From Octopus bimaculoides (Eukaryota), in contig NC_068983.1 in NCBI RefSeq assembly GCF_001194135.2, forward strand, positions 26,161,444-26,193,448: a stretch of 32,005 bases of DNA. Direction: 5' to 3'. The position numbers and the translations under genes were made by a program. The notes beneath the pieces are model-generated. The model had not been told where the DNA came from, ran no database searches, and saw nothing but the letters and a program-made list of their open reading frames with translations. Below are positions 1 to 11,431 of the stretch, in pieces; within the stretch, counting starts at the first letter, position 1, and the number at the start of each line of letters is the position of its first letter.

Positions 1-38
<38 letters not shown>
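1..38. repeat. (TA)n microsatellite
   Basis: Pure TA dinucleotide run at window start. Confidence 0.97.
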
Positions 39-42
<4 letters not shown>

Positions 43-905
43 TGTATATATATTTGAATGCATGTATACAAGTATGTATATATGTATGTGTGAACGTACA
101 TACATGCATATGTAACAATTTCCATAAATTCGTATATGTTTGTGACGTACTTATAGAATATTTTTCTCAACCGGGGCCAATGTCACGCATGATCAGTTTG
201 TGGTCTTTGGCTGAATTATTACATATGCAATTTTAGAGTCAGCCGAGATTTCGTGACCATCAATATCACTCTGTAACATATCATGCAATGACAAATCTAT
301 TCACCAGGAAAGGTTATAATAACGTATTGAAAAAACTTCATTGAAGTATGATTTTAAAACATAAAAAAATTGCGTTGGGAAAATGTAAATGATCGAATGT
401 GTATAATTCTCACTCTTTATACAAAAATCTAACTGTTTATACAAAAGACTAATTGTTCCTTTCAACTGTCCTTTTCCATAAAATTATATCATTATATTCA
501 ATGATTATATTCCATAAATCTACAAAATAATAACCATAAAACCATTTTCACTCATGTAAGCACACACTTCACATATATGATGTCATATACATATTATGTA
601 AACTAATTACATTCAATACATTGATCGTTCACAAATTTAAAAATAATTATAAAATTTATAACTATATTAATAAATTATGATGTCTTAATTTAAAATATTA
701 AATCATGAATATATCCACATATCACTTTACCAGTTAGGAACTGGCTGAAAGAAAGGGATGTCGTTGAAACAGCATCGAGCATTATGCCTATTTCAATGAG
801 ACGTGGGGAGATGTTTTAATAACTTTTGCTTTTCTCCTCATCGGAAGCATATATGAATGTCCTTACGAGGTAAAGAAAAAATTTCGCATCATATCATAAT
901 ATTTT

Positions 906-1050
906 GTATGTATGCCTGTGCGTGCGTGTGTGTGTATGTGTGTGTGTGTGTGTATGTGTGTGTGTGTGTGTGTGCGTGTGTTTGTGTGTGTGTGTGTGTG
1001 AGTGCGTGTTTATGTGTGTGTATGTCTGTGTGCGTGTGCGTATGTGTGCC
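906..1050. repeat. Imperfect (GT)n microsatellite
   Basis: Interrupted GT/GC/AT dinucleotide tract; source of the spurious CVCV/HTHT ORFs at 857-1212. Confidence 0.95.
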
Positions 1051-2039
1051 CATGCGAATGTCTGTATACACACAGAAACACACATAGATATATACATGCA
1101 CATATGTATACATAAATCAACATTTGAATCCTTTCAAATAGGTTTCGGAAATATTTCTACAATATTCTGTTCAGCCCGGTCTGTCAACGAGCGTGATCTG
1201 CTTGACTTCTGAATCTGAAATTTCATATGGAAACGAAAACTTTGTAAGTTATTTCAGGGACGTCTCCATTGCCGTAAACAATGTTTGTGATAGCCAGCAA
1301 CTTAGAAATGTGGTTATCTACATCCTATGTAGGAATGTATGTATGTATGTATGCTCTGTCAAGTCGATGCATGTATGCATCTCTGTATGTGTTATGTATG
1401 TATGTATGTATAGATGTACGTATGATCGAGAAGAAGAATATACGCAAGAAATTAATGGAAACAGATTGCAGAAGCATAAACCTCAAAAAAGAAAAACGAA
1501 AATCTACCGCAACAAATCGCTTCACCCACTCCATACGAGTGTAAAAAATACCAACTGTAAAATACATTGGTAATAGTAGTGGTGTTTGAATATGTAATAT
1601 CTGCGTGTGCAAGTGTATATATTTAAGAGTATGTTCATTCTGAAATGAGAGGCGACTTAAGTATATAAATTTAAATGCTCAAACACATTATCTATGAGGA
1701 TTAACTAATTCACTGAGAATTGAAATATACAGTCTAAAAGACATAGAGCTATTAAGAAAGATACAATGTGAATAATACAAAAAATGTCGTAAAGTAAGGC
1801 TTGATAAGACACGATGAATACATGCACACCCTTATCATTTGGAGATAAAACGCATATAGAAATGTGCGCAAGAGAACATATTTATGTATATATTAAGAAA
1901 ATATATGTACATGTTCGTTTGTATGCATTGGTAACAGTTAATATATGAGAAACTAAAGGAACTGTACAGATACAAATACACACGAACACAAACACAACCT
2001 TATACATGCATATATGTGTGTGTAGGTAGGGGTTTGTAT

Positions 2040-2121
2040 ACGTATATGTATGCATATATAGATATACATAAATATATATATATATGTACATATATACTTA
2101 CATACATACATACACACATAC

Positions 2122-2170
<49 letters not shown>
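2040..2170. repeat. Compound (TA)n/(TACA)n microsatellite
   Basis: TATA and CATA repeats visible directly. Confidence 0.93.
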
Positions 2171-2171
<1 letters not shown>

Positions 2172-2707
2172 TGTGTGTGAACTATAATGATTCACTATGG
2201 AGTACACGTAATCATAACAATGGATCTAATCATTTTCGGCAATATCTCTGCTGATATTTGTATTAACATCGGCGAACGAATACAGTAATTAAAACTGAAA
2301 TATATCATAAATATAAAAATGAATAATATAACTTTATTGTAATGTTACTGGGAGCTCATCAATTAATGCAATATTGTGTGAATTAGCTCTGTAATTTCAA
2401 GTAACTATTGTTTAGTGTAATATCTAAATATTTCAAAATTTGTTTTAATGAACGCGTGATCACGAAATCCTCGTGATTATTGCATTTTCAAGCAATATCT
2501 TTGCATTTGTTATTTATATTTATCTTGAATTTCTGTGAAACATTGATTATTGCTTTCTTAGCCTTTTCTTGTAAAATTATCTAAAAGTATAATACAACGC
2601 ATTTACAAATTACCCTTCAATTTTCCTATTGCTTCCATGTCTGATACATTTGAATACCTTCGGATGAACATTACCGATAATATCAATAAAATGAAATATT
2701 CTATTTT

Positions 2708-2861
2708 CATTAGGTTGGATGCAACGTTCAATGTACCTTTAAATCTCACTTCAAAAATATTTTTTTATACTGGGTTCAGCGTTTTTCCCTTCATTATCAC
2801 TTATATTGTTTAATTAATTTCTAATTCTAACGTACATCGTTCATTTATTTCTTTCGTCATA
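2708..2861 (+). repeat. 154-bp direct repeat, copy 1
   Basis: cattaggttggatgcaacg...ctttcgtcata recurs at 3942-4096 with about 6 differences by manual alignment (~96% identity). Confidence 0.95.
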
Positions 2862-3059
2862 GTCGCTACGCATATGGCTTCTGCTATATAATTGATTATG
2901 TATGTACACCTCTAAGGTCCAGTATTCGACCGCTAAACCAGCTCCTCAATTTCACTGATTGGCTATTCTTGTGAAGAGAGTGTCAGGACACCCATCAGGA
3001 CTAACGACAAGGTCTGTCGAAGGAGTGGTGAGTATTTTGTAGGATATCAGTCCCTCACT

Positions 3060-3115
3060 TGGGGAAGGCAATGCCAAACTACCCTGATATCCCTGGAAAG
3101 AAATCATTATGTGAA
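3060..3115 (+). mobile_element. Possible RTE/BovA-like retroposon fragment
   Basis: ggggaaggcaatgccaaactaccctgatatccctggaaagaaatc resembles, from recall, the ggagaaggaaatggcaacccactccagtattcttgcctggagaatc motif of RTE-BovB-related elements. Short and degenerate. Confidence 0.3.
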
Positions 3116-3169
3116 AGCTAGTAAAAAGATAACGCTATGGTTTCACCCGATGACAGGACTTGCATTTAA

Positions 3170-3660
3170 TATAACTTCTTAAAACCCAGAAAAACCATTA
3201 CTGCAGAAACATTGCCATTAGATTGTCAAAATGAACGGAAAGCTGTTACTACTCCGTCACAGACTGGTCAGCATAAGAGGGCCAGCCATTTTTCATGACA
3301 ATGCTGGACCATACGTTTCACAAATGACGGTCCAGGATTTGAGGGAACATGGGTACGAAGTTCTTCCCCACCCAGTTATTCCCCATACTTTTTTCGTACC
3401 GACTACCACTTTTTGAAGCACCTTGATGTTCTCCTACGAGAGAATGATTTAAAAAATGAAACCGGTGGTGAAAGTGCGTTGAAAGAGTTCTTCAACTCCA
3501 GAACTCCAGATTTATATGTTACCGGAATAAAGAAATTTGTAACTCGTTAGCAAAAATGTGTTGAGTGTAATGGTACTTACTTTGATGAATAATATTTCTA
3601 CATTGTTGAAATATATTGTTATGAATTTAATGTTTCAAACCATTGCTTAGTCAGCCTGAT
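3170..3660 (+). mobile_element. Decayed mariner (DD34D) transposase, C-terminal catalytic region plus degenerate 3' end
   Basis: With two frameshifts the frame reads YNFLKPRKTITAET/CH*IVKMNGKL...FHDNAGPYVSQMTVQDLREHGYEVLPHP/YSP..TDYHFLKHLD...FFNSRTPDLYVTGIKKFVTR*QKCVECNGTYFDE* (stop 3590-3592). This matches the Hsmar1/cecropia-type HDNARPH...HPPYSPDLSPTDY...RWQKCV..NG.YFD pattern. The D-to-D distance is 34 codons allowing for a 1-nt deletion. Confidence 0.92.
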
Positions 3661-3941
3661 ATATACTTTTCAAAAACCTTTCTCAAATTACTGCACACCC
3701 TTATTTTTAAAGTAGTTTTCCCATCGCTTTAGATATTTATTTGTTGAATTGCTATCCATGAAGATTTATAAGTACCTAAGAACTCAATAGAGATACCCTT
3801 GACCGTGATACATAATACACACTCTATATTTAGCGCACCCCATAGCTGACATCCGCTAGTATTGTATTCAGAATTTAGAGAGAACCAAGAATATCGCGAT
3901 GCATTTTCCCGATATCCCTAAAAACTCTAACAGCTCGTTTA

Positions 3942-4096
3942 CATTAGGTTGGATGCAACGTTCAATGTACCTTTAAATCTCACTTCAAAAATAATTTTGC
4001 ATACTGGGTTCAGCTTTTTTTCCCTTCATTATAACTTATATTGTTTAATTAATTTCTAATTCTAACGTACATCGTTCATTTATTTCTTTCGTCATA
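3942..4096 (+). repeat. 155-bp direct repeat, copy 2
   Basis: Second copy of 2708-2861; runs directly into a compound microsatellite. Confidence 0.95.
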
Positions 4097-4098
4097 TA

Positions 4099-4198
4099 TC
4101 ACACACACATACACACACACACACACACAGACACACAGACACACACACACACAGACTCTCTCTCTCTCTCTCTCACTCACACATACACTTACATACAC

Positions 4199-4237
<39 letters not shown>
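4099..4237. repeat. Compound (CA)n-(CT)n-(TA)n microsatellite
   Basis: Successive CA, CAGA, CT and TA tracts. Confidence 0.95.
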
Positions 4238-4240
<3 letters not shown>

Positions 4241-6429
4241 TGTGTGTGTGTGCTTGCATATGTGTATGTGTATGTGTATACACACACATGCATAAATATT
4301 TATATATATATATATGTGTGTTGGGGGGGTGCATATGCTTATATATCTATATAAATACACATATACCACCCAAGAAGATTTAATTTTGTAAATTCCTTTC
4401 CCTTTATGAAGCAGTTGTTTCTATGGTGTGGCTCATTATATGGAGTTTTTAGTTGAAACTATAAAAAGATGTATCTCTGCATCACCTTTTACAATTGCTT
4501 ATGTATTTGCGGAGATAATATTCTTTGAACATTCTTTTATTTTTATTGCTGCTTCTATTTTCCTTTAGAAAATATTTCCCTGCTATTTTATATATGAATT
4601 TATTTGTGTTTTGGTGTGTGTCGAAGCAAGATTGTATTTTTGAATACAACAGATACCATTAATTTCGTAACCATTGCAGTAAATCTTGAAAGTAATATCC
4701 CTGAACAAATTAGCGTGCGTGTGGCACTGTTGCAAGAAAAGCTTTTTCATCTTTGTTTGACGTTAACATTTTAACGATCATTCTGGCGCCAACAGTATAT
4801 CTCAGAGAGAATTGTTAAATAACTGTACTGAACATGTACTTCGATGAACTATTCTTTTCTAAATTAGTATCGAAGTTTATTGTCCAGATCATCTGCTTAA
4901 CCTGTGCTGTTTATAAATTACGCATTACTCGGTTTTGATTATGTTTATTTTGTAAGTACAGCATTTTCGAAGAGATAAATATATCCCGATGAAAGTAGAT
5001 TGAAAAGATTTAGATACATTCGGAAAAGAATACTCTACAAAGTATAGAAAATACAATATAATTAGTTTCCAACAGCTAAAATAACTAGTAAGATATTACA
5101 TTAATACACACATTTACATAGCTTAATTATACATAGCCTAAAGGAAGATAGGTTATCAGTTAAGTATCTGGAGTGAACTAATAGAAACTTGTTTAGAACT
5201 CATTATAGTGTTCTGTATGTATAGAGCTAAAATTAGGATTGGCGATAACGCATTTAGGATATGCTGTTTTCTGAGATCCAGTCATGCCATGGTTAACATT
5301 TCTTTCTTTCTTGCAGTAGTAGATAATACAATTATCAGTCTGTACCGGCTTACTCTACGATTGATCCAAGGAATTTACGTGAGCATACAGAGAGTAAAAA
5401 AAAATTAAGCACACGGGAAAACTTGAGAAGGAAATAATAAATTGAAATGAAGCATATTTCAGTTATATTTTAATTTATTTTCTAACTCCAGTATATAATT
5501 TGAACTAAGAGCTCAGACATTCATAATTTAAAATGCATGATTAAACCGAATCCTTTACTGTAAACACATGAATTTAACCTTGAGTGAAAAATATAGTTAA
5601 GAGAGTAAGGATGAATAAATTACGTTTATTGAAATTCAAGGTCAACATGAATGTAACTTATCCTGTAATAGTTCACTACATTGCTGAATGTTAGAGGAAA
5701 ATAAACTAGTTGCATTGTGTAGAGCGTATTGTCGAAATGAATTGGAGCTGAATGCAAAGAACGAATTTTGTTTTCATGTTTATACTGACAATTTTGCCCA
5801 ATGTGTGTTATTTCATGTTAAGAGATTGAGTGGTGTGTAATGATATCAGCATAATCAATCTCGTGCAGTACGTTCGTCTTTTATAGAGGAGGAATATATT
5901 AGTGGATAGCGAGAGAGAAAGAAAAGAAAGAGACGGTGAAAGAGTGAGTGAAAGGAGCACCCGAACTGTGATGGCGCACCAAAAATTTAATTGCTTCCAT
6001 GGTAACAAGGTACTACAATAAAACCGCAATATCGACGTCTATCCCTTTTACTCACCCCGGGGACATTTGAGAGGTGATTTTATATCAAAAGATAATTTTG
6101 TTTGACATTGGCTATGGCACAGCATATCAGCAAATTGACTTTACACTATCTTCACATGTCTAAGACCGGGGATTCATTTCGTTTTGAGGTGTGTCGAGAA
6201 CATCGTTCCAAAGAGATACAATACTAGTGAAATAATGATATCTATCATTGTAGGTCACCTTTGGGTGTGTTGTCTACCTCGGTCTAAGACATTCAATGAG
6301 CTTTAAGACACCCTGTTGTGCAGGAAGCATTTCCTAGACGCTAGCAAAATAGCATATAAAAATACATACACTGTGTATGTGCAAGTGATAAAGTTTAAAT
6401 TATTTGATCTCCTTAATCCCAAATGCACT

Positions 6430-6660
<231 letters not shown>

Positions 6661-6760
6661 TTAATATTTAGGCATGCATGCAGATGAGTAGGTAGGTATT
6701 TATATTGTCAAGCATTGAAAGATAGTGTTACCGATCGCAAACGGAAACAGTTAACGAGTT

Positions 6761-6965
6761 ATAATAACAATGGTCTCTAATTCAGGCTCAAGGCCAACAA
6801 TTGTGACGAAAGTGGGTAAGCGTATTCCATCGGCTTCTTATTAAATCATACTTCATTTCATTTACTCGAGAGAGATGAAGAGTTGACATCTCAGAGATAG
6901 GGAATTATAATCTTACGCGCAGTAACTAAGTAACGTAAGTCGTCTTGCCAGATGCTCTGACGGTG
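6761..6965 (-). mobile_element. Heavily decayed SINE-like repeat
   Basis: ataataacaatggtctctaattcaggctcaaggccaacaatt...gtaagcgtattccatcg...cttgccagatgctctgacg loosely follows an abundant octopus SINE consensus as I recall it. No intact boxes. Confidence 0.35.
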
Positions 6966-7384
6966 TTATATATAGGAATAATTTGAACGTGTCAATCTGG
7001 ACAGCGGAAATTTAGGCCAAGAGCTGAATATGCAAAAAAAAAAAAATGAGCTGAATCTGAACTTGTATTAAATAATTCAAATACTAATGATATATAATTT
7101 TTACTTATTATTTTAGTGCATACCTAATATTCTCAAGCATTTTATACCCGGATTATCATCTCAAATCCCACTCCACAAACAAATTTTAATGTGGTCCTGA
7201 TGAACATTTAAACATCTACGTTACACGAATATTAAAATGTTCTTACAAATACAAATATAAATTATAGGATATTCGATAAAGTGCACTGTTGCTTCACATA
7301 TTTTTGAGAAATATAATTAAAGTTCTTATCAATTCCTGTATTATAGTATTACATACATAAATGTGCAAATATTCTATATAAATA

Positions 7385-7455
7385 TAAATTATATATATAT
7401 ATGCATATTTGTGTGTGTATATGTATATATATATATATATATGTATGTGTGCATA

Positions 7456-7538
<83 letters not shown>
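7385..7538. repeat. (AT)n/(GT)n compound microsatellite
   Basis: Long TA run followed by GT run; source of YIYI/CVCV ORFs. Confidence 0.95.
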
Positions 7539-7540
<2 letters not shown>

Positions 7541-8715
7541 ATGTTCGTGCGTTTGGGTGTTTGTGTGCACATTATATATCGAAGTTATCTCAGTGATAGA
7601 ATTTTACCAGATGTGAATAATTGAATGTATATATTAAAAACTGATGTCAAATTATATGTTTCAAATATGCCATTCATGCCAGATACATACAATCTCATAC
7701 GCATATTTATCCTCACGCATGCATAAATACATACATGCATACACACATACATAATGCATATATAATTATGTAGAACAAAATATCATATCTGCATATGTTA
7801 TATTGATCGATTCTTTAAAAATCACGTTTAAGTGTGCTTCAGCGTAAGTCATAGGTATTATATATGCATGTGTACGAGTGCTTAAGTTCGATATATATTC
7901 ATATGCTTACCTGTAAGCTTAAATGTGTGTGCGCGTGACGATGTATGAACTTTTATTACATATATGTAAAATATGTCACGACATCCAACCAAATCTACAC
8001 CTGTCAACGTAAATGAATGCAGAATTGTATCTGTGTGCGATATTCACACGTTCCATGCATAATATATTTCACTAATTTCGGTATTTAATATTTCTGAGGA
8101 ATTGGATTCAGTTAACGATGCAAATGTCAGATCAGGTATTAGCCACTATTACTAGAGATTTTATTGGAAAATAAATTACAACTGTAGCAGATTGTTGAGC
8201 TTGTCATAAAATGAATTAAAAAAAAGACGTCGTTATAAAGATAATGTAGCAAATAATAACCAAAAACAAAAAATATATATAAATAATACATTATTAAACC
8301 AATACGCAACCACACAACCGCACATACAGACATGAACAATGCCTTCTTTAATGACAATTAGTACGAGCGAAAAATCTAATAAGATTTCAAAACTATCTTT
8401 TACATCTCACAAATATTCAAATTTTGCTTGATATTATACAAGTTACAATTGACCCAGATACGCAAATTTCTTCTCGAAACTGGTGTTTTAAATTTAGAAA
8501 TAAAATTTTATAGCAGCTTACAATTTTTTAAAGAGAGTATTTTTCCATCGATAAAAACTAAGATCAATGTTAACAAAAGAAATACACAGATAAGGAAATA
8601 TAAAAGAAATGTTCATAACATGAAATTAAGTTAATCTATCTCTCTCTCCTCTTTCCCCCTTTCTGATAGATAATAGATTGAAACGTAAATAGCTACACAC
8701 ACATACACATATCTG

Positions 8716-8717
<2 letters not shown>

Positions 8718-8761
<44 letters not shown>

Positions 8762-8771
8762 NNNNNNNNNN

Positions 8772-8810
<39 letters not shown>

Positions 8811-8820
8811 AACACGCACA
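8718..8820. repeat. (TC)n and (AT)n microsatellites joined across a 10-N gap (8762-8771)
   Basis: Direct reading. Confidence 0.95.
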
Positions 8821-8896
8821 CATATATATATGTATGAATATATTAGAAAATATATATTTTTTAAATTCGAGCATGTATATATGCGTATGCGTGTGC

Positions 8897-8998
8897 ATAT
8901 ATATATATATATACACATATATATACATAATACATACATACATACATACAGACAGACAGACAGACAGACGGATGGACGGACAGACAGATAGATAGATA

Positions 8999-9056
<58 letters not shown>
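8897..9056. repeat. Compound (TA)n-(TACA)n-(GACA)n-(GATA)n microsatellite
   Basis: Direct reading; the (GATA)n part abuts the 3' end of the RTE fragment. Confidence 0.95.
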
Positions 9057-9057
<1 letters not shown>

Positions 9058-9445
9058 TCATGGCATCGCTTCGCTGACGAAGATTTGGGAGGCTGTTGAC
9101 TACGTCGTCTGCACGCGCGTTCGGAGCTGATACGGCCAATGTGGGATCGGCAAATACGATTGCAGTGGTGACTGGGGTATGATGGTTGTTCAGGGTGTGA
9201 TGATCAAGATGCATTATTTTTTCGCCTCTGCCGTTTGTCTTCAATAGAGGCACTGCATGAGATCTCAAGGGAGGAAACAACATCGGTGATGGTATGGCGC
9301 CAAGTGACGTGGTGACCTGTTAGAGCGGACCACTCATGATAATCAATGTCACAAACGTTAAGGGGCTTCTTCAGTCAGTCCTTGTAACGCTTCCTTGGTG
9401 CCCTCAACCTGTTGTGGTGGCCAATTGTGAGCTCACCGTCCTTTA
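9057..9445 (-). mobile_element. RTE-clade (BovB-like) LINE, 5'-truncated 3' end
   Basis: Minus strand reads DGELTIGHHNRLRAPRKRYKD*LKKPLNVCDIDYHEWSALTGHHVTWRHTI...IEDKRQRRKNNAS*...HHCNRICRSHIGRISSERAC. This matches the RTE C-terminal pattern YGEL..G.R..G.PRKRYKD.LK...W...A.DR..WR...E.KR.RRK...C..C.R.CRSRIGL.SH.RAC, followed by a (TCTA)n tail. Confidence 0.92.
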
Positions 9446-9776
9446 GTAGTAATACTGATGTATTAATGATGATAATCTTTTCTATAGTATTTTCTATAGT
9501 ATACTATTTCATAGACTGATTTGAAGCAAGACAATCCTTTCTCTCAATCATCTAACGCACAGATTTTGATGATACTATTTTTTTATAGTATCTTCCATAG
9601 TGTTGGGACTAAATTAGACGATTTTTCTATTCTCTTTTTTTTCCGGAACATCTTGAGGTGTTGAGGAGCAGTCAATTGCGTTGGTGAGCATAAATATTGT
9701 TGCTGTAGTGGAGAAATATTTTGCGCACTTGGAGGACTGATAGCCAACTGAATGTTGGAAAAGTGTTACTTCTCTG

Positions 9777-10470
9777 ATGAAGATTGGTGTCAGGAATCAA
9801 AATTCTATTATCATAACTATTGCTCAATGCTTTGTGAAGATTGTAAAGGTTGTAAGACATGACATGGACAACTGCCATAAACATTACAAAGTGATCTGAC
9901 AGGAGCAACACAACAAGCGTTCTGACTTCACTCGCATCCCGGAGTTCATTGATATACCTTTAAACAGTACTTTAGGCGCAATTCAGACAGTTATGTGAAG
10001 CTGTTGTGGATTCTGGCCAGTTCCTTGTTGGAGTGGTTTGTTCCTAGAGGCCATACGTGTGGCATCTTAATTCGGCTATTTACCACACTTTCGGAAAGAG
10101 TCAGAAATGGTTGTCGGAGAATTTTTAAAACTTCACACGCCTCAAATTCTGGACATTTATGCCTCTAATAATAATCTCATGGATTACTATGTGTGGGGCA
10201 CTGTTGAGAAAAGCACCACCTTCTCTATCTGAAACACCATCGCCAAGTTGATGGCAAAGATCGTCCAGGTAAGTGGGAAAGAACGCATGCAACACGGCCC
10301 GGAATCGACTTGAGGTAGTGGTGGAGGCTGAGGTCGGCTACATTAAGTAAAATATTATCCCCCAATCATGACCTAGTTTATATTTTTTTCAATTTTTAAA
10401 GATAATTTTATTTTTAAATGTGATATAGTGTTTTGTTTTCCTTGTTTGAAAACTGTCAAATTTAGTCCGA
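9777..10470 (+). mobile_element. Internally deleted Tc1/mariner-superfamily DD37D (maT-like) transposon remnant
   Basis: The N-terminal piece MKIGVRNQNS...VKVVRHDMD...HNKRSDFTRIPEFI is joined to NSDSYVKLL and RPYVWHLNSAIYHT..KSQKWLSENF*NFT..KFW../NLMDYYVWGTVEK...KNAC..ARNRLEVVVEAEVGYIK* (stop 10348-10350). This fits QQDSAP.H...WPPNSPD.NP.DY with 37-codon spacing allowing a 1-nt deletion. Several stops and frameshifts. Confidence 0.8.
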
Positions 10471-11049
10471 AAAATCGATATCATAGATAAAATTATTTTC
10501 ATTTACCAATAGGACAGCACTTCAGTATACTGTACAAATGCGAAGTAAAACAAAATGAGTTTATTCAATTTGTAGAGCATCGTAATTGAAATTTAAACTG
10601 TTGTACCACAGAAATGAAATGAATCTCGATTATATAGTGGGATGAGCCACATAGGGTCTTTCAGGGAATTACACATATTCCCTATGTTACTCACGCTGTC
10701 AATTACGACAAGCAACTCAACCTCCAAACACACGTTCCTTTCCCAAATAAAGTGGAAAAGAATTTATCGTTTCTGTCCGGCGTATAAATCCTTCATCTGA
10801 CATACCAGACACACGAAAGTTGTCCGTATTAGTATCGATGTAAGGCACAACCGTCAATTGTTATTTACTAATTGATACTGTGTATGTCTCCAGGTACAGC
10901 TACATTTCAGCGCATTTTACATGAGGGTGTACAATGAAAGCATCAATGTATCAGTACAAATGAAATAGTGGAAAATTAATTCACTTTTGTCATGAATTTA
11001 CATAAGTAAAATCACTTCTACCTTTTAAACGCAATCATGTATATAATGT

Positions 11050-11431
11050 TGTTGGCACTCCGTCGCTTACGACGTCGAGGGTTCCAGTTAATCCGTTCAA
11101 CGGAACAGGCTACTCGGGAAATTAAGGTGCAAGTGGCTGAGCATTCCACAGACACGTGTACCCTTACCGTACTTCTCGGGGATATTCAGCGTGACACAGT
11201 GTGACAAGGCTAACCCTTTGAATTACAGGGACAACAGAAACAGGAAGCAAGAGTGAGAGAAAGTTGGGGTGAAAGAGTACAGCAGGGTTCACCACTGTCC
11301 CCTGCCGGAGCCTCGTGGAGCTTTAGGTGTTTTCGCTCAATAAACACTCACAACGTCCGGTCTGGGAATCGAAACCGCGATCCTATGACCGCGAGTTCGC
11401 TGCCCTGACCACTGGGCCATTATCCCTCCAC
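11050..11431 (-). mobile_element. Full-length tRNA-derived SINE (octopus OR-like), with 11-bp TSD
   Basis: Reverse complement begins gtggagggataatggcccagtggtcagg (A box) ...ggtttcgattcc (B box) and ends gacggagtgccaaca. It is about 90% identical to 25994-26377. TSD gtatataatgt at 11039-11049 and 11432-11442. Confidence 0.93.

Noticed and set aside
10878-10935. Peptide TATFQRILHE resembling the LTR-retrotransposon RT motif PATFQR
   Set aside because: Isolated short match followed by a stop; no YxDD or other RT motifs nearby.
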